A stretch of 46,860 nucleotides of DNA from Opitutus sp. GAS368 (GCA_945861645.1 CAMAVZ010000015.1:1-46860); one strand, 5' to 3'. Shown: positions 19,888 through 29,774, numbered from the stretch's first letter. The notes: generated by a model from the sequence alone, not told the origin. A program made the numbers and translations.

Positions 19888-22800
19888 TTATGGGGCCGGC
19901 TCGTGGAGGGTGAGCGTGAAACATTTCTCGGGGACAAGGTGCGCTGAAGTGGCGCCGGTGGGCCAGCGGACGCGAATGCGTCGCGGTGGTGTGGCGGCGG
20001 GGAAGCCAAAGAAAATAGTGGCGGTGGATTGGCTCAAATAACCTGACCCACCTGCAACTTCGCTTAGCTGAGTGGTGCCATCGGCCAGCTCAAGCGTAAC
20101 CCAAGCGCCCACGGCCTGAAGATTGCCCACTCGGCCGCGCAACGTGACTCCCAAGGAACGCCGCGCGGCGACCCCTTGATTGCGAAAGGCTAAAGTGGTG
20201 CCGTTATTTCGACTGACCATGAAATCCGGCCAGCCATCCTGATTGAGATCGAGCACCACCAGCGCTTTAGCATCGCCGGGGACGACTAGGCCACTGGCGG
20301 CTGGTGCCACAGCCGTGAAGTGACCATGGCCATCTCCCGATAGCATTTGACTGAGGCCGCCATCAAAATGACCGATAGCCGGAACGGGGGCATAAGAATT
20401 TTGCACGGCATAAATATCGGCATGCCCATCGCCGGTGAAATCGCCGGCCACGATGCCTTGGAGCGGGGCGATTTGCGCCGGGCGGGGAAGCGGAAAGAAG
20501 CGATACTGGCCATCTGATTGGCTCAGGAATACTCCGCTCATAAATTCAGTGGCGACCAAGCGCTGCGCCGCGGCCAGCGAAGCAGCCCCTAGAAGATCGG
20601 GCAAAGTGGCCTTAGCGTAGTCATTTACCTGAGGGAAGCGCTTGCGGATAGAGGGCTGGGCGGCACTCAGCTGTTTGTACGCGCGCCAAGGCCGCAATTG
20701 GTCGGCCTCGTAGTGGGCTTCGATGATCTGCGGACCTCCACCCGCCTTAAAATTTCCGTAGTAGAGCAGTGCGGGCTGCGTCGGACTGGCGTGATAGGGC
20801 GTGTTCAACCCAAGATTGCCGGCGACATAATCCAACCGGCCGTCGCCATTGAAATCAGCCGCCGCGAGAGAATTCCACCACCCCGTCCCCGCCGCAGAAA
20901 AACCGGCGCGGGTCGTCCAGTTTTCAAACCCTTGGCCTTGCTGGTTGTGAAAATACGTGATGGGGCCCCACTCCAAAGCAAGAAGAAGATCCGGCCAGCC
21001 ATCACCATCGACATCCGTCCACAAAGCGGAAGTCACCAGCCCAATGGTCCGCAGGCCTGGCGCGAGGGCATCGGTGACATCGACAAATTTGCCGCCGTGG
21101 TTGACGAGTAGGGCGCTGTTGCCGGGTTGGGGATACTGCCCCGGCACTAGCCGGCCGCCGAGGAATAAATCAAGGGCCCCGTCCCGATTAAAATCTCCCG
21201 CCGCAGCCGCTCCCGTGCTCGAGTGGAAGGGTGGGAGAGTATCAGCTGGGGCGGGTTGAAATCCGCCTTGGTGATCGCCCCACCACAGTTGAGGTTGATA
21301 TTCAGCTGCGCCGGCCGGCCAGCGGACGCCCCCTTTCGTAATCAAGAGGTCATTAGCGCCATCACCGTTGGCATCGAAAATCAAAAGGGGGCCGTCGTTG
21401 AGCGCGGGAGAGGGCGGGAGTTCGCTCGCCGGCAAATATTTTCCCTCGCCGCCGTTGGGCAAGACACGCGCGGGGTCCAAGGTGGTGCCGCCGATGATCA
21501 CATCATCCCGCCCATTGCCGTGCAGATCGCCAACCGCGAGGCTCGGTCCGCTGCGGTTATGTCGAAACGGCAACAGGGGTTGCTGGGACGTTTCCTGGAC
21601 GTCGGCCTCGCGTGAGGGCCATGAGAGATTAGCGGCTGCACTGACTTCAATGAATTGGCCGACGCTGGGCGCAGCCGACTCGGTTAACGCCGCGACGGAT
21701 TGAGGCAGCGCGAGCGGCTCGGTTATAGTGAAGTGGTGGTCCGCTGGTAGGTCGGTGAAAATTTGGCTTTGCCCGCTGGGCCACGAAACCGTGAGGCGTT
21801 TTATAAGTGACGCGGAGCCCAAGCCAAAATGCAGGATGGGCTCGCTGCTCGAAAGATAGCCCCGCGCGAGCACGAGTTGGCGAACTTGGACGCCGGTCTC
21901 AGTTTCTAATCGGAGCGTGGTGCCCACGCCGAAACGGTTAGATGCGGTGCCGCGCAGGGAGAAAATTGCGCGATGCCCAGTGTCACTATCGTTGCGTAGC
22001 GTGGTGACGCCACCTTGGTAATTAGTATAGACCAAATCGAGGTCGCCATCGCCATCGAGGTCGCCAAAAGCGGCCCCGAAACTCACGCCCTTCTGGTCAA
22101 GGCCCCAAGCAGGCCCGATAGGCTCAAAGCGCAGGTTACCCAGATTGCGGAAGGCCAGATTATTTTCCGCGAGCACCGGACTCGCCCGCATGAGTCGAAT
22201 CCGCTCGGCGGGGCTTTCTGCCACCATCATGCGGGCGAGTATATCCGTATTGTGCAATTCTCGCACCATGCCGTTGGTCACGTGCAAATCGAGGCGGCCG
22301 TCGTTATCTAAATCCTCCCAACGCACCGACCAGCTCCAGTCGGTGGCCGCAAGACCGGTCAAGCTGGCCGCCTCCTGAACATGCTCCGTGTTGGTGTTGA
22401 GAAAAAGCGCGTTGCGCAGATATTGTGGCGCGGTTGCTGGGTGGTCCTGAGTGGCAGAGGCCGCCGCTCGCGAGGTGGCCATTCCGCGCTGATCTTTTTC
22501 ATGAGTGGTCGCAGCCATATCAGATACGAGCAGGTCAATCAGCCCGTCATTATTCACATCACCGAGGTCAGCCCCCATGGAGGAAAACGGGGTGTGGGGG
22601 AGCACGTGGTTGAGCGTATTGGTAAAGGTCCCGTTGCGATTATTATGGTACAGTGTATCGGGGGCGGCGAAGTCATTGGCCACGTAGAGATCAGGCCAGC
22701 CATCGTTATCATAGTCCCACCAGGTGGCCGAATGGCCTTGGGTCTCACCGGTGATGCCGGCGCGGTCCGTCACCTCGGCAAAGGTGCCATCCCCTTGGTT

Positions 22801-23499
22801 ATGAAAAAGACGATCCCGTTGACCATGGGGGTGCGTTGCGGTATCGAGCAGATTCGTTTGCAGATAAACATCGAGCCAGCCATCGCGATCGTAGTCGGCG
22901 AAGGCGGCCATGCCGCTCGCATCACTGATCGCCAAGCCCCGGGCGGCGGCCTCTTCGGTGAAAGTTCCGTCACCTTGATTGATATAGAGCCGGTTCGGTG
23001 CGCCTAACCGGCAGAGATAAATATCCAGCCGGCCATCATTGTTCACATCAACAAAGGTGGCCCCTTGTTTCCAGATTGCGGCGGTGGCGCCTTGATCACC
23101 GACGCCGGCTTGGGCAGTGACGTCCGTAAATTTAAAGTCCCCCAGATTGCGAAAGAGCCGACAGCTTTCGGTTTTGCTCACCACAAAAATATCAGGGCGA
23201 CCGTCGCCATCATAGTCGCCGATCGCGAGGCCGGTCCCGATCGCACCGACGGAGAATTCTTGATAACGCTCCCACCACATCTGGGGATCAGCGTAGCGAT
23301 TTTCAGTGAGCAAGCCGGTCTCCGCGTTAGGGCGGACAGAAAAAAGTGTGGGGCCGCGTGGACCAGATCGCGGCGTGAAGGCTCGGGCCGTGAGTCCCGG
23401 CGGCGCGTTGTGCGGTGCGATGGGAGTGGGTAACTGCGCCCGCAATAAGCTGGCCCCGATCAGAGCTAAGCCGGCAAGGAAGAACAGTCGGAGACGCAT
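19888..23499 (-). CDS. Secreted ASPIC/UnbV (CRTAC1-like) protein with two FG-GAP/VCBS propeller regions
   Basis: Signal peptide; many DxDxDG loops; ASPIC/UnbV GYLSSSEPILHFGLG...VSWPSG and a second C-terminal GSGYLSQS...FFGF...VRWPTG. Confidence 0.88.
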   Translation of the reverse strand: MRLRLFFLAGLALIGASLLRAQLPTPIAPHNAPPGLTARAFTPRSGPRGPTLFSVRPNAETGLLTENRYADPQMWWERYQEFSVGAIGTGLAIGDYDGDGRPDIFVVSKTESCRLFRNLGDFKFTDVTAQAGVGDQGATAAIWKQGATFVDVNNDGRLDIYLCRLGAPNRLYINQGDGTFTEEAAARGLAISDASGMAAFADYDRDGWLDVYLQTNLLDTATHPHGQRDRLFHNQGDGTFAEVTDRAGITGETQGHSATWWDYDNDGWPDLYVANDFAAPDTLYHNNRNGTFTNTLNHVLPHTPFSSMGADLGDVNNDGLIDLLVSDMAATTHEKDQRGMATSRAAASATQDHPATAPQYLRNALFLNTNTEHVQEAASLTGLAATDWSWSVRWEDLDNDGRLDLHVTNGMVRELHNTDILARMMVAESPAERIRLMRASPVLAENNLAFRNLGNLRFEPIGPAWGLDQKGVSFGAAFGDLDGDGDLDLVYTNYQGGVTTLRNDSDTGHRAIFSLRGTASNRFGVGTTLRLETETGVQVRQLVLARGYLSSSEPILHFGLGSASLIKRLTVSWPSGQSQIFTDLPADHHFTITEPLALPQSVAALTESAAPSVGQFIEVSAAANLSWPSREADVQETSQQPLLPFRHNRSGPSLAVGDLHGNGRDDVIIGGTTLDPARVLPNGGEGKYLPASELPPSPALNDGPLLIFDANGDGANDLLITKGGVRWPAGAAEYQPQLWWGDHQGGFQPAPADTLPPFHSSTGAAAAGDFNRDGALDLFLGGRLVPGQYPQPGNSALLVNHGGKFVDVTDALAPGLRTIGLVTSALWTDVDGDGWPDLLLALEWGPITYFHNQQGQGFENWTTRAGFSAAGTGWWNSLAAADFNGDGRLDYVAGNLGLNTPYHASPTQPALLYYGNFKAGGGPQIIEAHYEADQLRPWRAYKQLSAAQPSIRKRFPQVNDYAKATLPDLLGAASLAAAQRLVATEFMSGVFLSQSDGQYRFFPLPRPAQIAPLQGIVAGDFTGDGHADIYAVQNSYAPVPAIGHFDGGLSQMLSGDGHGHFTAVAPAASGLVVPGDAKALVVLDLNQDGWPDFMVSRNNGTTLAFRNQGVAARRSLGVTLRGRVGNLQAVGAWVTLELADGTTQLSEVAGGSGYLSQSTATIFFGFPAATPPRRIRVRWPTGATSAHLVPEKCFTLTLHEPAP

Positions 23500-23540
23500 G
23501 CGAAGGGCTAAAGTGAGGGATCAGTAGGCAGAGTTAAAAG

Positions 23541-23602
23541 AAGATAGCAAAGTCAAGGCGGTGGGAAAGGAGAGTCTTTATCTAACAGTTGAGAACGATC
23601 AG
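23541..23602 (-). promoter_or_regulatory. Tandem direct-repeat operator plus extended -10 upstream of the minus-strand ASPIC/UnbV gene
   Basis: Minus strand: ctgatcgttctcaac (23602-23588) and ataaagactctcctt (23581-23567), 21 bp period; TGcTATCTT (23549-23541). Confidence 0.55.
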
Positions 23603-23707
23603 AAAATCGACAACTTCGGTCGGGCGGCATGGGGACTAGGCTTGCCCCTGGGCTCGGCTTGGGTTTGTTTGGCGGGCTACAATTAGCGGTGTCGACGCTA
23701 CCATGGC

Positions 23708-26161
23708 ATGAGTTTATTTTACCGTTTAACTTTTCGTTCATGGCTCTGGGTGCCGTGCTTGGCCGGAGCTTTTTTGGTGGGAACCACGGTGCTGCGCTGG
23801 CAGCGGGTGGATTATGTAACGGGAATTGCTGAGTGGTCGGTGAGCGCGCCGACCCTGAGTGCGACTTCGGCCACGGGTTATGCGGAGGGCGTACGCCGCT
23901 TAATTGTGCCCGGTCATAATAATAACAGCTATCAGTGGATCATGCAGACGCAGCAAATGGTGGCGGGGGGTGATTGGCGCCTGCGGCACGTGAGTTACGA
24001 CAATGCCCCACAGGGTCGGGTGACGCATGCGCCGGCTGGGTACCGCTGGTGGTTGGGCGCAGTAGCCCAAGCGCATTACTTTTTTTTTGGAGGGTCTTGG
24101 GCTGCGGCGGTGGAACGCGCGGCACTGCTGGCGGACCCGCTGAGCCAATTAATTCTGCTAGTCGCAGCGGTTTTTTTTACGGCGCGCTGGTTCAGGCCTT
24201 GGTCGGCAGCGCTCCTCTCAGTTGCGCTCGTGGCGCTTTTTCCGCTGGCCGCAGACTATTTTCCCGGCGCGCCGGATCAGCACGGCTGGTTGGTGGCCGC
24301 GGTGCTGGGGAGCGTGTTGCCATTGTTGGCGGGCGGGTGGGCCTGGCCCGAGGCAGCGTCCGCTGAGGCGAGGGGCGGAACTCGGTCCCGCGCGCGATTA
24401 TTTTTTGCCGCCGGCGTAATTGGGGGCTTAGGTTTATGGCTCAACGCGGCGAGCCAAGCGCCCATTCTGGTGGGCTTGGGGTTGAGTGGTTTGGTGGTGG
24501 CATGGATGACGCGTACGGCCGTTGATCAACCCACCCTCATCTTGCCGTGGCGCAGTTGGGCCGCGGGGGGAGCACTGACGAGTCTGCTGGCTTATTTATT
24601 AGAATATTTTCCGAGCAACTTGACTTTGCGCTTGGAGGTCAATCATCCGCTTTATGCCCTGGCGTGGTGGGCAACCGGTGAGGTGCTTGGGCGATTTCCG
24701 AGCGGTGGGCTGCGGGAGTCACCGGTTTCACTGGCCCGTGCTTGGGGTGGTACAATCGTAGCCGCGATAGTTGCGGGAGGGGCTTTGATTGCAATTTTGG
24801 TGACAACCGAAGGCGGAAAATTTATTTTTTCAGATCCGTTAGGTTCACACCTCAGCCAGCATCCGCTACTCACCGCGCCTCATTTATTTGCGTGGTTGCA
24901 ACGCGATGGACTCTCCTTCGCCGCGGTGGCGACGATGCTGCCGTGGCTATTGATCGTCCCCGCGATCTGGCAGCTTGGCCGCGGCGTTCTTTTATTAAAC
25001 CAGCGCGTGCTTATTGTAATCGCGCTCGGCCCGGTGTGCGTGGCTGGGTTGCTCGCGAGTCAGCAACTGCGCTGGTTTAGCCAAGGAGATGCCGCGCTCG
25101 TTGCGCTTCTTATCGCGCTGACTGCCACGAGGGGACCGATCGGACGCGCGCGGCGCTGGGGTTGGGCAGTGCTGCTGGTCGGACTGCTTTTGCCCGGAGT
25201 CGGGTTATTGTTACCCGCTTGGCGGGCGCAGACGCGCACCGCGCTCACAGAAATTGAGGTGGCGGGGATTATTGAGCGGGATTTAGCGCATTGGCTCGCG
25301 CAGCGTAGCGGCGGTCAAGCCGTCGTGCTGGCGCCGCCGGATTTGACGACGGCGTTCTCCTACCATGGCGGCCTGCGCGGTCTCGGCACTCTGGATTGGG
25401 AAAATGAGGCGGGGCTTAAAGCGGCGATCCGGATTGCGAGCGCAACTTCCCCCGAGGAGGCGTTGGCGTTGCTCCAACAGCGTGGCGTGACCCATATTGT
25501 GATACCTTCCTGGGACACTACGCTAGATGCCTATGCGCGGCTAGGCTCGCGCCTATCCGGCAATTCTTTCATGACCGCACTGAATCGCTGGGTGCCGCTG
25601 GGCTGGCTCCGCCCCTTGCCGTATCATTGGCCAAAGATTAGTGGCTTTGAGGAACAATCAGTCGTCGTGTTGGAGGTAGGCGAGGACCAAGACGAACTAA
25701 CGGCGCTAATTCATCAGGCCGGATATTTTGTCGAAATGGGCCGGTTGGAATTAGCCGCTGGGCTGGAACCTGAGCTACAGCGTTTTCCGGCTGATTTAGG
25801 CGCGCGGGTCGCTTGGGCCCAAATTGAGGCGGCTCGCGGCAACGCAGAAAATTTTAAAAAAATATTTAATGCCCTGATCAATGATCTGCGGAGCGAGGTG
25901 GACCAGACTCTGCCTTGGGATCAGCGGGTGAACTTGCTGGCCGTGCTGATGCACGGTGACCGATTGGACTTGGCCCGACCTCAGGTTAGTCGCTGCCTAG
26001 CGGAGGCGACGGAGGAGCGGGTGCGTGCGCTCACAAGTGGCGCGCTCTTTCGGTTGCTGGCGCTCAGTCGTAAATTTAATCTAGAGATTGCCGATCCGGC
26101 GCTCCGTGAATTAGCGTTTCGTTTATTGCCCCCAAGTGCGCGTGACCGCGTCCAGCGGTGA
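23708..26161 (+). CDS. Polytopic membrane protein, divergent STT3/AglB/PglB-like (GT-C fold) with helical C-terminal extension
   Basis: About 13 hydrophobic segments; NNSYQW...YDNAPQGR...P..Y loop, GAPDQH, and VVLAPPD...EEALALLQQRGVTHIV occur in the order of STT3/AglB motifs; canonical WWDYG absent. Confidence 0.6.
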   Translation: MSLFYRLTFRSWLWVPCLAGAFLVGTTVLRWQRVDYVTGIAEWSVSAPTLSATSATGYAEGVRRLIVPGHNNNSYQWIMQTQQMVAGGDWRLRHVSYDNAPQGRVTHAPAGYRWWLGAVAQAHYFFFGGSWAAAVERAALLADPLSQLILLVAAVFFTARWFRPWSAALLSVALVALFPLAADYFPGAPDQHGWLVAAVLGSVLPLLAGGWAWPEAASAEARGGTRSRARLFFAAGVIGGLGLWLNAASQAPILVGLGLSGLVVAWMTRTAVDQPTLILPWRSWAAGGALTSLLAYLLEYFPSNLTLRLEVNHPLYALAWWATGEVLGRFPSGGLRESPVSLARAWGGTIVAAIVAGGALIAILVTTEGGKFIFSDPLGSHLSQHPLLTAPHLFAWLQRDGLSFAAVATMLPWLLIVPAIWQLGRGVLLLNQRVLIVIALGPVCVAGLLASQQLRWFSQGDAALVALLIALTATRGPIGRARRWGWAVLLVGLLLPGVGLLLPAWRAQTRTALTEIEVAGIIERDLAHWLAQRSGGQAVVLAPPDLTTAFSYHGGLRGLGTLDWENEAGLKAAIRIASATSPEEALALLQQRGVTHIVIPSWDTTLDAYARLGSRLSGNSFMTALNRWVPLGWLRPLPYHWPKISGFEEQSVVVLEVGEDQDELTALIHQAGYFVEMGRLELAAGLEPELQRFPADLGARVAWAQIEAARGNAENFKKIFNALINDLRSEVDQTLPWDQRVNLLAVLMHGDRLDLARPQVSRCLAEATEERVRALTSGALFRLLALSRKFNLEIADPALRELAFRLLPPSARDRVQR

Positions 26162-26198
26162 TCCGCGTGGCCGAGTTAATTTTATAACCCAATTAATA

Positions 26199-28013
26199 AT
26201 GGATTCTTTTTTGTGGCCGAGCCGAGAGGTCTTAACCCGCTGCATCGGTTGTTTGCTTGGCGGGTTTATATTGCTTGGCGGGAGTGCTCGCGGTGCAGAG
26301 CCAAGCTCCCCCAGGATTTCGGCGGGGCCGCAAGCTTATCGGACTAGTCCGGTAAGCTGGATGTCATGGGGCGAGTCAGCCTTCGTTCGGGCCCAGCAGG
26401 AGCAGAAGCCCATTTTTGTTTTCATCGGCTCTGCCACCAGCGAACTGAGTCGGGCGATGCGGCTCCAGACTTTTGCCCACGCGGACACCGCGGCCCTGCT
26501 GAATCAGAATTTTGTCTGCGTGCTTGTGGAGCGCGAGGAGCACCCGGAGTTGGTCGCGCTTTACCAGTCCTATTTAAGCGAAGTGAAGCAACTCACTGGC
26601 CAGCCCCTGAATCTTTGGCTCACGCCAGAACTATTGCCGTACGAAGGGGCCGCCTACCTGCCGCCGACCGAAGAGTGGGGCAAGACGAGTTTCCTGAAGA
26701 TCGCCCAACAAGCGGCCACGGCTTGGACGACGGACGCCGGTGGTTGTCGCGCTCGAGCCACGGAAGCGGTGACGCAATTGAGCGCGGTCCACCAAGCGGT
26801 GACTCCAGCGATTCTGGCACCCGATATTTTATCGCATAAATTAGCCGCTGCGGCGGCCGCTGGGCGAGCGAGACTCGCTGAAATAAATCGAGGTTTGGCG
26901 GCCCCCCCGCTCGCCCCCGGGCCGGAATTTTTGCGTTTTCTCCTCCAGCGATCGCCGGCCGATCGTGCCGCCGCGCTTGGTGCGTTGCGGGAGATAGTGG
27001 TGAGTCCGCTGCGCGATCCGCTCGACGGCGGATTTTTCCGGTACGCCACGGATGCGCGTTGGCGCCTACCGTATGCGCAGAAGAATCTGGCCGACCAGGC
27101 TCGAATTACCCTGGCCTTGCTGGATGCCGCCGCAGGCGATGAGTCAGGATTTTTCGCCGCCGCCGCCCGCGGGGCGCTGGATTATGTCCTGACCCGGCTG
27201 GCCCAGCCCGGCGGAACCTACGCGGCGGGCGAGGACGCGACCGAGGAGGAATTCGTCGGCTATTATGCTTGGACAGCAACAGAGATTGATGCGGCCTTGG
27301 GTGCGGCCGCGGCTGGCTTTAAGATCGCGCACGGAGTAGAAGCGGCCGGCAATATTTCCGCGGAGGATGATCTGTCGGGCAAATTGAAGGGAAGAAATTT
27401 TCTGCGTGGCTCCCCTGAAACCGGGTATGCGGCGGCGGCCCGTTTGCGGGTGGTGCGCGATCTTCGTCCCGCTCCGTTGCGGCAAGAGACGGCCACGGCC
27501 CGGACGCACGGCTTGCTCCTGGCGGCCCTGGCTCGAGCCGGAGGCGAACTGAAGCAGCCGCTTTATCGCCAAGCGGCGACGCAGTTACTCGCCGTGGTGG
27601 AAAAGGAATTTTTCCTTTCGAGTAGCGGAGAGCTCCGGCACTTGCGTGGGGCGAACACTCCGGCGGGTCCGGCCGACTATGCCGCGTTGGCTCTGGGTTA
27701 TCGCGAGCTGGCTCGGGCGGAGCACCGGCCGGAGCTGGAGAGGCTCGCCGCTCAGTGGCTAGCGCTGGCGAATGAACAGTTCCTCGATCCGATCAGCGGA
27801 CTTTATTATGCGACCCCGGCCGTCATGCCGGCGGGTGTTTTTTTCCGTCCGCTGGCGCAGGATGAGGCCCCCTCGGCCGAAGCGTTGGCATTGCTGGCGG
27901 GCCTGCCACTGGCGCAGCGTTCGCTCATCGCCGCAGGCTTAGCAGCCACCCTTGAGGCGGCGGCGGCTCCTGCGTCCGGCGATGTACTGTTAGCCTTGGC
28001 GCAATTGCCTTAA
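26199..28013 (+). CDS. YyaL/SSP411-like protein (DUF255 thioredoxin-like domain plus helical barrel), degenerate, probable signal peptide
   Basis: SPVSWMSWGESAFVRAQQEQKPIFVFIG, LNQNFVCVLVEREEHPEL, DPLDGGFFRYATD.RW; ATG 26199 preferred over GTG 26136. Confidence 0.8.
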   Translation: MDSFLWPSREVLTRCIGCLLGGFILLGGSARGAEPSSPRISAGPQAYRTSPVSWMSWGESAFVRAQQEQKPIFVFIGSATSELSRAMRLQTFAHADTAALLNQNFVCVLVEREEHPELVALYQSYLSEVKQLTGQPLNLWLTPELLPYEGAAYLPPTEEWGKTSFLKIAQQAATAWTTDAGGCRARATEAVTQLSAVHQAVTPAILAPDILSHKLAAAAAAGRARLAEINRGLAAPPLAPGPEFLRFLLQRSPADRAAALGALREIVVSPLRDPLDGGFFRYATDARWRLPYAQKNLADQARITLALLDAAAGDESGFFAAAARGALDYVLTRLAQPGGTYAAGEDATEEEFVGYYAWTATEIDAALGAAAAGFKIAHGVEAAGNISAEDDLSGKLKGRNFLRGSPETGYAAAARLRVVRDLRPAPLRQETATARTHGLLLAALARAGGELKQPLYRQAATQLLAVVEKEFFLSSSGELRHLRGANTPAGPADYAALALGYRELARAEHRPELERLAAQWLALANEQFLDPISGLYYATPAVMPAGVFFRPLAQDEAPSAEALALLAGLPLAQRSLIAAGLAATLEAAAAPASGDVLLALAQLP

Positions 28014-28052
28014 GGCGAGGGGTCGGCTTTTTTAGGTGGCACACCGATTTTA

Positions 28053-29765
28053 TTAGCGGGCGGGTGGTTTAACGCGGAGGCGGCTGATGAAGCTCCAATC
28101 GCCTTTTGCGTTTTGGATTTTAATTAACAGCTGATTTTTTCCCGCCAGGAGATGCAGCGGGACGATATCGTCATCGATTCGGCTGATGCGCTGCACCCAG
28201 CGATCGTGGATCAGCTCGCCGTTGAGCCAAATTTTTAGGCCGTCATCACTCCCGATGCCCAGCCAGCCTTCTAAGGCTTGGGGCAACGCGAGCTCGGTCC
28301 AAGCGTAGCCGACGCAATAATCCCGACCGACTCCGGTTTGCAGATTAACGAATCCTTCCGTTGATGGCACGCGTTGCCAAGTAAGCTTCGTTTCCTCGAC
28401 GAGTTGGGTGTCGCCCTCCGTTGGCCTCACCGCGGTGGCGGTGGCAAAGAAATCGGTGTGGAAGGAATTCATCTGCGCGGCGCGGTTCACTTTTTCCTGA
28501 CTGACGCTGAACTTAGTCAGAACCGCCGTGCCGTTTTCATCGATGTAGTCCACGCTCGAAAATACGTTGGGCGGGACTGGGATGGGCCGAAGCACTAGCC
28601 AGGAATTGATCGCGATTTCGATACGGGCATCGCCGCGTAGCCAAGCAATGTCCGCGGCGGTGGCAGTGGACTTCGGCGTGGTGTCAAAAAAATAAGCATA
28701 CGTTCCGGCGACCGCTTGACCGTGATCGATGGCGGGGCTGAAGCGCGCGGTTGCGCGCAAGGCCTCGGCGAGTTGGGACTGAAGGCGAGTGGATACGCCG
28801 CCAGTGGGCGCCACCACCGCGCTGAGCACGCGACCCTCTGCGCTCACTTCGAGGCGCGCGCTGACGGCCGTTACGCCGCGCTGACTCAAGCCTTCCGCAC
28901 GCAGCGGATTGCCCACGAGGACGGGATCAGCCTGCCTTTGGGCGTATTGCTTGGGCCGCACTGCATCGAGGTAGTGCAGGCGATCGCGCCAAGAGGACTG
29001 ATTGGTGGGATCGACCGACCTAACTAGATCAGATAAATCATCAATGAACTGTTTGATCGCCACGACATTCTCGGCGCGGGAGGAAAGCAGCGGGACCCCG
29101 TTGCGGGAGATGGCGAGCATTAAGCAGCCCTCGCGAGGGATGAAGCGGGCGAGGCGGCTCATGTTTTCCTGCTCCGCCCAGTCGGCGATGAGCCAAGGCA
29201 TCGCGGACTCTGTGGCGATGCGGCGATGATCACTGGGCTTGCCGCGCACGCCTACAAATACCGTTTCACACCACCCGCCGTAAATTTGCTGAAGGCGGCG
29301 GTAGGTCGGGATGAAGCCGTGCACCATGCCCCAGGATTCTCCGTCGTTGTTGGAGCCAAAGAGCACCACGAAAATTTCTGGCTCGGCGCGAGTGCTTAGA
29401 TCAACAGGCACTAATTGGTGCTGATTGACTTGAGCCACGCGACCGAGCAATTCGCGGCTGATCAAGCCTTGGGCTTGATCCCAGTGAGCCGCGACTGGCG
29501 GGCGCGAACTGGTTTCAGCATAAAAGCGGCGGCAATCTTCTGGGGTAAGTCCGCGCAAGTGGGTGCGCTGTCCTCTGGTCGCGCTGAGATTAAATAAAGC
29601 GAAGGGCCCTAGGACTTCGGTCGGCTCAGCGCGAAACTGCGCACCTGCCGTGTCTGTCCATTGCGAGAGGCCGGTGGCCGACCCGCTCGTCCCCAGCAGA
29701 GAAAAAATCAGCAGCCCGATAGGGCTTAAACGCTCACGGGTGAACTTCCAATGGGGGCCGACCAT
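28053..29765 (-). CDS. Exported multidomain protein: SHD1-like, thioredoxin-like (no CxxC), TonB C-terminal-like, PA14-like beta-sandwich
   Basis: WTDTAGAQFRAE; FVVLFGSNNDGES...ETVFVG; LEVSAEGRV...ARFSPAIDHGQAV; GYAWTE...IGSDDGLKIWLNG...LAGKNQLLIKIQN..GDWSF; tandem TAA TAA stop. Confidence 0.6.
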   Translation of the reverse strand: MVGPHWKFTRERLSPIGLLIFSLLGTSGSATGLSQWTDTAGAQFRAEPTEVLGPFALFNLSATRGQRTHLRGLTPEDCRRFYAETSSRPPVAAHWDQAQGLISRELLGRVAQVNQHQLVPVDLSTRAEPEIFVVLFGSNNDGESWGMVHGFIPTYRRLQQIYGGWCETVFVGVRGKPSDHRRIATESAMPWLIADWAEQENMSRLARFIPREGCLMLAISRNGVPLLSSRAENVVAIKQFIDDLSDLVRSVDPTNQSSWRDRLHYLDAVRPKQYAQRQADPVLVGNPLRAEGLSQRGVTAVSARLEVSAEGRVLSAVVAPTGGVSTRLQSQLAEALRATARFSPAIDHGQAVAGTYAYFFDTTPKSTATAADIAWLRGDARIEIAINSWLVLRPIPVPPNVFSSVDYIDENGTAVLTKFSVSQEKVNRAAQMNSFHTDFFATATAVRPTEGDTQLVEETKLTWQRVPSTEGFVNLQTGVGRDYCVGYAWTELALPQALEGWLGIGSDDGLKIWLNGELIHDRWVQRISRIDDDIVPLHLLAGKNQLLIKIQNAKGDWSFISRLRVKPPAR

Positions 29766-29774
29766 TATGCGCAG

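Noticed and set aside
24080-24178. T9 and T8 runs in the STT3-like gene as phase-variation tracts
   Set aside because: In frame, encode Phe-rich segments, and runs of 7-8 nt occur elsewhere in the window
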